Source: a virus. From it: a stretch of DNA of 6,744 nt. The number at the start of each line of letters is the position of its first letter. The first letter of the stretch is position 1. Shown piece after piece: positions 1-5,321 of the stretch. The notes under the pieces were generated by a model that saw only the letters and a program-made list of their open reading frames with translations, was not told where the DNA came from and made no database searches. The position numbers and the translations under genes were made by a program. The stretch covers positions 1 through 6,744 of the IMG/VR virus record IMGVR_UViG_3300045988_000004, one strand, 5' to 3'.

Positions 1-95
1 CAATATCTGACTCTTCTGCGTTAAATTTAATGAAATAATCAGACAAAGAGAAACGAGCAATATCCCAATCATTACCATCTTGAACATAACGTTCG
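1..95. repeat. Terminal direct repeat, copy 1 (identical to 6650..6744). It is the assembly overlap of a circular genome.
   Basis: Read by eye, bases 1-95 (caatatctgactcttctgcg...gaacataacgttcg) match 6650-6744 base for base. The repeat lies inside an open reading frame and preserves its phase. Confidence 0.95.
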
Positions 96-724
96 GACAT
101 AGCATAAATGTCATACTGAATAATAGCATTAAAATTTCCATAACCTAGAGCCATAAGCAATTTAGAGGCTCGACAATAACGATAACCGTCACAAACAAAA
201 ACATCTGAGAAATTAGAACTAGAATCACAAAAATCCTTGAAATCTGATGCAGAACGATCTTCAACGGTAGGATGTGATTTAAAATAAGAACTACAAGCAT
301 TTAGTGCATGCACAGTCATATCGTTGAGCCAACTACCCAAATCACGATAAGAGATATAAGGCAGAAAAGTAGAAATTGTAGAAGCTTCAGTAGAACTACT
401 AGCAAACTTAGATATATTCTGTCCCGCATCACCCTTGGTTAAATTATTAACCTGCTGCTCAAAGTACTTCCATAGAGACTGAAACGGCACAAAATAATAC
501 TGAATATTCTCGCGGATACGGGTAAACGCATCAGTATTAAGAGCAGCAGTACGGGTTTTACCATTATACCCAATCTTAAACGTCTCATTAGGATTAACCC
601 ACTGAGTAAATACAGGCAGCAATTCACCAACTTGAGCAGTAAACATGTGGCGATGAGACAAATCAAATGCATTCCTGTTCACCTTATTTTTAAGGCGATG
701 CAATCCTAAAACTTTATTAGCCAT
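1..724 (-). CDS. VP1: Major capsid protein VP1 (phiX174 F-like jelly-roll), N-terminal part. It continues across the circular junction into 5322..6649.
   Basis: Not in the ORF track because the window edge truncates it. My hand translation from the ATG at 724-722 is stop-free down to base 1 (241 codons + 1 nt): MANKVLGLHRLKNKVNRNAFDLSHRHMFTAQVGELLPVFTQWVNPNETFKIGYNGKTRTAALNTDAFTRIRENIQYYFVPFQSLWKYFEQQ...ARFSLSDYFIKFNAEESDI. 724 is the first ATG after the in-frame stop at 829-827 and lies 4 nt after the VP4 stop. The FDLSH...T...G.L.P and YFVP...LW blocks are typical of Microviridae major capsid N-termini. Phase is continuous with ORF 5322..6695: position 1 = 6650 is a codon first base in both. 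Confidence 0.9.
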   Translation of the reverse strand, partial: MANKVLGLHRLKNKVNRNAFDLSHRHMFTAQVGELLPVFTQWVNPNETFKIGYNGKTRTAALNTDAFTRIRENIQYYFVPFQSLWKYFEQQVNNLTKGDAGQNISKFASSSTEASTISTFLPYISYRDLGSWLNDMTVHALNACSSYFKSHPTVEDRSASDFKDFCDSSSNFSDVFVCDGYRYCRASKLLMALGYGNFNAIIQYDIYAMSERYVQDGNDWDIARFSLSDYFIKFNAEESDI

Positions 725-728
725 ATAA

Positions 729-2282
729 TTAATTTTTAAAAGAATCCACAACCGCTCTATGTTTAATATTTTCAGTAAAAGCCATATTAGCGTTTTGGAC
801 TTGAAACTGAAAAATAGAGCGAGTTTTTAAAATATTAAAATCATAAGTTCCTGTAAAAGGAGACATACTAACATAATTCTCATACGCAAAGAGTTTATCA
901 TTTTCGAGAGCTTGGAAATACTGAATCATATTCTGATAATCTTTCCATGCAATGAAATCAAAACGTAATTGTAAACAAGTGTACGAATCCAAACCTAAAT
1001 AGGAGGATAACGAATAGTGATGATGTGCAGCATATAGCAACGATTTTAAAGAGTTGACAGAACCAGAACTATTGTATATCGGTTTCGCAAAAACTTCAAC
1101 ATACCGACGAACAGAACGGTACTGATAAAGATGTTTATAAAGCACAGAAGTATCGGGGTCAAGTACCCACAACATAAACTCCCTTACGGATGCATCATTA
1201 TAGATTTCACCTGGCGAGCCGAAGAATCGGCGGGCACAGAATACCACCGAACGAAATAGGGAAGAAGTTGCGTTAACATCGTAAAAGGAAGAACCTGTAA
1301 ATCTGACGGACAATTGAGAGTAATACGCATCCGAATTGGAAATAGAGCGTCTGATACCTTTTTTGTTAACAACATAATCTGTTGTAAGTGCTTCGAAGTC
1401 TCTAGAGGTAAAAAGTTCTTTAACCTCTGATTTGCTCTTTGTACCCAATAAGATTGAGTGAAAACTCCGCTGTGGAAACTTGTCAAGCACTCGAGGGAAA
1501 TCAGAATGTTGTGTAAGATACTTAGAAACGTATTCCTGCATATTACCATCGGTAACCTTTGTAGTCGTATCACCATAGAGCCATAATTGAGCCAAATCGA
1601 GTTCAACACAAATTTCTCGGGGATTTTCTGGGGTGGACATTGGCAAAGGCCGAACATTCCTAAAATCTGCTCTCGCTCTAGGCGAATCGTGGAATAATAG
1701 GATGTGATAATGTGGACGGAATGACTGTGTACCGTACTCGCAAATAACGTAGTAGCGAATTGTTTCATCATAATTTTTTAAAAACCATTTTCTTAAACGA
1801 CCTATATATTTTCTTATATCATCATACCATAGTATAGGAACAACAGAGTTATTACGTATACCACGAGAACGAGAAGGAAATCTACTATAATATTTATCAA
1901 TTCGTGCGTAATAATCACGCAACATAGCAGCAGTATCAATAGTAGAAAAATCTGTAAGTTTAAATGATTTAGAGATTTTATCTTCTACATAGTAAAAACT
2001 TTTGGTTCTTCTATTATACTTCTTAATTACGCGATTCGGAATACGGAGAGCATAACCAAAAGGGTACAAATAAGAAGTATCTATGTAGGGCAAATGTAAA
2101 TCATCATACGTAATAGTAATAAATTCAACATATTTATGTTGAGAAGCTTCAACCTCTAATATCTTGCATAGATGTTCTTGGGCTGCAACACGGCACTGAA
2201 TGCAAGAGTGACAACCAACAAGAGTTAAACCATGTCGACCAACAACAGGTATAGGATTATTACAACGAGGAAAAAGAGCCAT
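729..2282 (-). CDS. VP4: Rolling-circle replication initiation protein VP4 (HUH endonuclease superfamily, phiX174 gpA-like)
   Basis: 517-aa ORF with ATG at 2282. Rep motif I is FITITYD (aa 54-60, nt 2103-2123). Motif II (HUH) is RPHYHILLF within YVICEYGTQSFRPHYHILLF (aa 189-197, nt 1692-1718). Motif III has two Tyr, EYVSKYLTQ (aa 250-258, nt 1509-1535). There is an N-terminal Cys cluster, C7...C24-x2-C27-x2-C30. Codons are strongly T-ending: 25 of the first 40 by hand count. Confidence 0.9.
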   Translation of the reverse strand: MALFPRCNNPIPVVGRHGLTLVGCHSCIQCRVAAQEHLCKILEVEASQHKYVEFITITYDDLHLPYIDTSYLYPFGYALRIPNRVIKKYNRRTKSFYYVEDKISKSFKLTDFSTIDTAAMLRDYYARIDKYYSRFPSRSRGIRNNSVVPILWYDDIRKYIGRLRKWFLKNYDETIRYYVICEYGTQSFRPHYHILLFHDSPRARADFRNVRPLPMSTPENPREICVELDLAQLWLYGDTTTKVTDGNMQEYVSKYLTQHSDFPRVLDKFPQRSFHSILLGTKSKSEVKELFTSRDFEALTTDYVVNKKGIRRSISNSDAYYSQLSVRFTGSSFYDVNATSSLFRSVVFCARRFFGSPGEIYNDASVREFMLWVLDPDTSVLYKHLYQYRSVRRYVEVFAKPIYNSSGSVNSLKSLLYAAHHHYSLSSYLGLDSYTCLQLRFDFIAWKDYQNMIQYFQALENDKLFAYENYVSMSPFTGTYDFNILKTRSIFQFQVQNANMAFTENIKHRAVVDSFKN

Positions 2283-2284
2283 AA

Positions 2285-2494
2285 TTATATATTAAATAAT
2301 TTACCACTATAACAACTTAAAATTACTTTTTGAGTAACACGACCACAACTTTTTGAAAAATCTAAAGGACAATAAAGTTCAATAGTCTTCAACGTTTCAG
2401 CCAAAAAAGGTTGAGAAGAACCACTGCAATAAGCTTGCTTACGTTGGATTTCACGAATAACCTTTAGGGCAGTCAAATAATCTTGAGCAGTCAT
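2285..2494 (-). CDS. Hypothetical small protein (69 aa, four Cys), immediately upstream of VP4
   Basis: The track ORF 2285..2500 begins at a TTG. The first ATG is at 2494-2492 (MTAQDYLTALKVIREIQRKQAYCSG...). The stop at 2287-2285 is only 2 nt before the VP4 ATG and 9 nt after the preceding ORF, so it is packed like a real operon member. I recognise no family. Confidence 0.5.
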   Translation of the reverse strand: MTAQDYLTALKVIREIQRKQAYCSGSSQPFLAETLKTIELYCPLDFSKSCGRVTQKVILSCYSGKLFNI

Positions 2495-2503
2495 AAGCAA
2501 AAA

Positions 2504-2683
2504 CTAAATACGTTTGTACCATTCAAATCTATGATGCCAAGAAACAGGTGAAGTAGTCATTGACTGAATGATAACTACACGTGGCAAAAACAAACAAATG
2601 AATTCATCAATTTTGCCAGACTTAACTACATAATGAACACCGTTAACTTCAACAAGAAAACAACGAGAATTAATTTTCACCAT
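2504..2683 (-). CDS. Hypothetical small protein (59 aa)
   Basis: Track ORF 2504..2764 starts at a GTG and would overlap the lipoprotein-like ORF by 95 nt. The internal ATG at 2683-2681 gives MVKINSRCFLVEVNGVHYVVKSGKIDEF..., overlapping the upstream gene end by only 14 nt (ccttATGgtgaaaatTAA). Stop TAG is at 2506-2504. I recognise no family. Confidence 0.45.
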   Translation of the reverse strand: MVKINSRCFLVEVNGVHYVVKSGKIDEFICLFLPRVVIIQSMTTSPVSWHHRFEWYKRI

Positions 2684-2885
2684 AAGGCTTAAAATTTTGA
2701 GAACGGACAAAGCCGTTATGTTTAACAATCGTGGTATCAACTGATACAATAGTAGTCCGACCACTAGATACTACATTGTGGGACGTACTGCATGATGTCA
2801 TAGAAGAGACACCAAAATAAGCAGCTATCAAACCAAGTGCATACAATGCTACTTTGATGATAATTTTTATTATTTCCTTTTTCAT
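2670..2885 (-). CDS. Putative small secreted lipoprotein (71 aa precursor, about 40-aa mature lipopeptide)
   Basis: ATG is at 2885-2883 and TAA at 2672-2670. The N-terminus MKKEIIKIIIK-VALYALGLIAAYFGV-SSMTS-C32 has a Lys-rich n-region, a hydrophobic h-region and a lipobox-like M-T-S-C. It satisfies the generic prokaryotic lipoprotein pattern: no charged residue in the 6 positions before the box, [AGS] at -1, and Cys within residues 15-35. It is the first gene after the candidate promoter. Confidence 0.6.
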   Translation of the reverse strand: MKKEIIKIIIKVALYALGLIAAYFGVSSMTSCSTSHNVVSSGRTTIVSVDTTIVKHNGFVRSQNFKPYGEN

Positions 2886-2889
2886 GCTG

Positions 2890-2921
2890 CAAAGATAAAA
2901 AAGGTTTTTAGAACTACCAAA
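2890..2921 (-). promoter_or_regulatory. Candidate Bacteroidota sigma-AB type promoter (-33 TTTG / -7 TAnnTTTG)
   Basis: The minus strand reads aaaTTTGgtagttctaaaaaccttttTATCTTTGcagcATG. TTTG is at 2921-2918, followed by a 20-nt spacer, and TATCTTTG is at 2897-2890. This is the only exact TAnnTTTG I found on the coding strand of the non-coding region. It ends 4 nt before the ATG at 2885. Confidence 0.4.
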
Positions 2922-2933
2922 TTTGTTAACATA

Positions 2934-3036
2934 AATTAGGAAAATAGTTACTAAGGAACTAAAGTGCAGTAATTAGGAATAATGTATTCCCACTTTAGCC
3001 TACCTATAACAAGAGAGTAGGAATTTTCAGGGAAAA
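2934..3036 (+). repeat. Iteron-like dispersed repeats with core TAGGAA (AATTAGGAA x2)
   Basis: TAGGAA occurs at 2937-2942, 2974-2979 and 3018-3023. The 9-mer AATTAGGAA occurs at 2934-2942 and 2971-2979, 37 nt apart. Degenerate copies are TAAGGAA at 2952-2958 and AGGGAA at 3029-3034. Three exact 6-mers in about 90 nt is far more than expected by chance at this composition. Confidence 0.5.
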
Positions 3037-3043
3037 TTTTCAC
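3021..3043. repeat. AT-rich hairpin, 10-bp palindrome and direct repeat of AATTTTCA
   Basis: AATTTTC (3022-3028) pairs with GAAAATT (3032-3038) around the loop AGG. GAAAATTTTC (3032-3041) is a perfect palindrome. AATTTTCA is repeated at 3022-3029 and 3035-3042. Confidence 0.45.
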
Positions 3044-3194
3044 AAAAAGGTAATTACTAATAAGTTACAAACTTTTCCGCGCAAGGCTAGGGTTTTTCTA
3101 GCAGACAAACCAATATAAAGTATCTGCTTAGATAAATTGCGTACGTACGTATAAAATGCACACGCACACAAAAACAAAACAGATACATTAATAG

Positions 3195-3217
3195 AATAAT
3201 ATAAAATTTTTATTATT
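3195..3217. repeat. 23-nt A/T-only near-perfect palindrome
   Basis: The sequence is AATAATATAAAATTTTTATTATT. 10 of 11 symmetric positions pair; the only mismatch is 3202/3210. It lies in the most AT-rich part of the spacer, about 30 nt from the ATATTAATA motif. Confidence 0.5.
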
Positions 3218-3340
3218 TCATAAAAAAATATGGATTTATACGGAAGGTATTAATATTGAATGAGAATTATCTAAAAACGTGTTTGCATTATTTAACGTAC
3301 AATTAACAGATATTTAACTAAAATATTTAGTAGTGTCGTA

Positions 3341-3382
3341 GAAAAGTAACAGAAAGGGCGCAAAGGGATAACCTTTGCGCCC
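3341..3382 (-). terminator. Rho-independent-type terminator hairpin just after the VP2 stop
   Basis: Perfect 11-bp inverted repeat GGGCGCAAAGG (3356-3366) / CCTTTGCGCCC (3372-3382) with the 5-nt loop GATAA. On the coding strand it starts 6 nt after the VP2 TAA and is followed by TTTCTGTTACTTTTC (3355-3341). It is the most GC-rich stem in an otherwise AT-rich spacer. Confidence 0.6.
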
Positions 3383-3388
3383 AATTTG

Positions 3389-4846
3389 TTATCTATAACC
3401 TGTAGGGCTATAGTTAGGGTTTTCGCGATAAGCATCAAGCCATGATTTACCGCTAGGCGGTGGAGTAGGTTCTCCACCTGTAGAAGAGCCTTTATTAAAT
3501 CTAGGTTTAGGCGTAAAGTTACTAATACCATCAGAAATATTTTTAACGATACGGCTCACAGATTCACCACGTTCAAAGATTTTATCAATATCATAACTAT
3601 CAACACGCTTATTGGTAAGAGATGTTTCTGATTTATACATACCACTCAAAGAACGTATCAAATCGGGTTCTTGCATCAACTTATTTAGAGACCACTCATT
3701 TTGTTGAATATTCAAATCAAGCAAATGCTTATAAGGTGTTTGACGCAGTATGCTTTCGGCCTTGCCAATAGGCATTTTCCCGAGCATAAAATCAGTATAA
3801 TACCGTTGCATATCATTTGACATGTTTTGACGGGAGGTTAAAGAACCGTAGTAACCACCCAATTGTTGAAGATAACTAGCATTGGCACTGGCATTAGTAA
3901 GAGCAGCTCGACCTTGCATTAAAGCAGCTTGACCTTGAACAGTAGCAGCATGGGCAAAAGTCTGCTGAATAGATAACCACTTACCATAGTTCTCTGTTTG
4001 CTTAAGCGTATATTTGCCGTTAGCAATATCGCGAAAGGCAGATGCATAGAAAGACATTGTTTGGGCAACGTTCTTTTCGACTTCCTGTGGCATAACATTA
4101 TAAAGACTAAAAGCCTTTAGACGGGCATCATACATAGCATCAAAACCTTGCCAATTAGCCAGTTCAGCCTTAAATTGTTCTTGCAACAGTCTATTCTGAT
4201 AGGTATCCATAGCAAACTTATAGGTCATTTTCTGCAATGATGTTTGGGATTCAAGAAGTCCTTTTTGGGCTATATTAACACCCTCAATAGACTTATTGAC
4301 ATTCTCTTGAGATTTCTGCAAGGAAACAGACGCATCAACGGAACGTGTAGTATTATAAGCAGCCAAACCACGGGTAGAAGCGTCACCAACAAATGAATAA
4401 TCAACAGGCATCATTTGGGCAGATTCTGCAGCAGTAGCAGCAGAACCACTACCAACATTACCACTAGCAGATACATCACCAAGAAGTGCATTAAGACCTG
4501 CTGCACGCATATCATTAGCCTTAGCGGAAGATGTACCATACATACGATACATCATTTCTTGCCAATCTCTAAGTTTTTTCGCTTCGGAAGCATTAAACTT
4601 ATTCTGCTCTTGCATGATTTTATAATTCATCGCATTAGTTTTATTGGTATTATGTTTACCGAATAAACCACCGAGTAACGAACTAGCGATACCTAAAGCG
4701 CCACCTACAAGAGCGCCAGGAACACCACCAGCAGCAGCACCAGCAGCAGCGCCAGTACCAGCAGAGCCGAGAGCAGTACACTTTTTTAAACGAAAAGGAG
4801 TACCGCCAAAAGCGGCAGTACTCCGAATAATAATATTAGATACCAT
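3389..4846 (-). CDS. VP2: VP2 minor capsid / DNA pilot protein (functional analogue of phiX174 H)
   Basis: 485-aa ORF with ATG at 4846 and TAA at 3391-3389. Near the N-terminus is a Gly/Ala-rich hydrophobic segment, ALGSAGTGAAAGAAAGGVPGALVGGALGIASSLLGGLFG (aa 25-63, nt 4658-4774), with repeated small-xxx-small spacing. It is followed by a long Q/N/A/S-rich, helix-prone body (...EAKKLRDWQEMMYRMYGTSSAKANDMRAAGLNALLG...). The size and its position after the capsid/scaffold genes are as expected for Microviridae VP2. Confidence 0.75.
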   Translation of the reverse strand: MVSNIIIRSTAAFGGTPFRLKKCTALGSAGTGAAAGAAAGGVPGALVGGALGIASSLLGGLFGKHNTNKTNAMNYKIMQEQNKFNASEAKKLRDWQEMMYRMYGTSSAKANDMRAAGLNALLGDVSASGNVGSGSAATAAESAQMMPVDYSFVGDASTRGLAAYNTTRSVDASVSLQKSQENVNKSIEGVNIAQKGLLESQTSLQKMTYKFAMDTYQNRLLQEQFKAELANWQGFDAMYDARLKAFSLYNVMPQEVEKNVAQTMSFYASAFRDIANGKYTLKQTENYGKWLSIQQTFAHAATVQGQAALMQGRAALTNASANASYLQQLGGYYGSLTSRQNMSNDMQRYYTDFMLGKMPIGKAESILRQTPYKHLLDLNIQQNEWSLNKLMQEPDLIRSLSGMYKSETSLTNKRVDSYDIDKIFERGESVSRIVKNISDGISNFTPKPRFNKGSSTGGEPTPPPSGKSWLDAYRENPNYSPTGYR

Positions 4847-4854
4847 AAGCGAAA

Positions 4855-5304
4855 TTATTTAAAAATTTCCAAAAGCCGAGACTGAAACTCTTGATTCTCT
4901 TTCTCAAGTTTATCTTTTTCTTCTTTCTCCTTTGCCGCAGCAGCCACCTTTTCTCGGGCTTCCTTATCTTTTGCAGCAAGTTCTTTCAAATAAGTCATTT
5001 TTTCGCTAGCAGTTTGAGTATAACGACTAGGGCATGAATTAATCAGCTCATCATCAGTAAGAGAACCGAAAGTCTCCTCAAACTGAGAGCGGAAATTAGA
5101 ATTATCAATCATAGGTTGAAGAGATTCTTTAACCTCTCTCAAAGTTTGAGCATCAACTCGCATGTTATCAATACGTTGCAACAAAGAAACATCCGTATGA
5201 AAAGAAGTACGCAAAGGATTATTCTTATCATCAACAGACGTGACTTCATGCTGTACCTCCTCGTATACGGGTGGTACATAAACTACTTTATTTTTTGCTT
5301 TCAT
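4855..5304 (-). CDS. 149-aa acidic protein with a Lys/Glu-rich coiled-coil tail; putative internal scaffolding protein (VP3-like)
   Basis: The track ORF starts at a TTG (5310); the first ATG is at 5304-5302 (MKAKNKVVYVPPVYEEVQHEV...). It lies between VP1 (17-nt gap) and VP2 (8-nt gap). The C-terminus is KELAAKDKEAREKVAAAAKEKEEKDKLEKENQEFQSRLLEIFK. The size (about 150 aa) and its position beside the capsid gene match gokushovirus-type VP3. The functional call rests on context, not on a recognised motif. Confidence 0.6.
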   Translation of the reverse strand: MKAKNKVVYVPPVYEEVQHEVTSVDDKNNPLRTSFHTDVSLLQRIDNMRVDAQTLREVKESLQPMIDNSNFRSQFEETFGSLTDDELINSCPSRYTQTASEKMTYLKELAAKDKEAREKVAAAAKEKEEKDKLEKENQEFQSRLLEIFK

Positions 5305-5321
5305 AATCAAACAACATTAAA

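Noticed and set aside
1-95. Terminal repeats read as biological DTR/LTR ends, or as att sites flanking an integrated element
   Set aside because: The repeat is internal to the capsid ORF and joins it in frame. No host-like sequence flanks it, and the content between the copies is exactly one phage genome. An assembly overlap of a circle is the simplest reading.
439-672. 77-aa minus-strand ORF (MHLICLIATCLLLKLV...)
   Set aside because: It lies entirely inside the VP1 N-terminal coding region in the +1 frame. Its Leu/Ile/Cys-rich sequence is what T-rich third codon positions of VP1 produce when read out of frame.
2504-2764. Long (86-aa) GTG-initiated version of the 59-aa ORF
   Set aside because: It would overlap the lipoprotein-like ORF by 95 nt. 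The N-terminal extension (MVGLLLYQLIPRLLNITALSVLKILSL) looks like out-of-frame read-through. The ATG at 2683 gives the compact stop/start overlap typical of the rest of the genome. Kept as an alternative only.
2926-2986. dif/Xer-like half-sites: TTATGTTAA on the minus strand (2934-2926), resembling the XerD arm of E. coli dif, and ATAATGTAT on the plus strand (2978-2986), resembling the XerC-arm/central-region junction
   Set aside because: Bacteroidota microvirus prophages have been proposed to use host Xer recombination, so I looked for a full 28-bp dif-like site. The two matches are on opposite strands, about 45 nt apart, and neither has a matching partner arm at 6-nt spacing. Both are AT-rich 9-mers in AT-rich DNA. 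Worth a formal scan with the host dif consensus, but not supported by eye.
3140-3170. (CGTA)x3 tandem followed by the CA-rich run cacacgcacaca, considered as a microsatellite or phase-variation tract
   Set aside because: Only three units, and the CA run is imperfect. That is too short to argue for slippage-based switching, so it is noted only as part of the structured spacer.
2886-3388. tRNA, CRISPR array or small protein gene in the spacer
   Set aside because: I could find no cloverleaf-compatible stems, no regularly spaced repeat-spacer units, and stops in all six frames at short intervals.
3292-3531. 79-aa minus-strand ORF spanning the VP2 3' end and running into the spacer
   Set aside because: It is out of frame with VP2, runs straight through the terminator hairpin, and shows no start context or coding-like composition in the spacer part.
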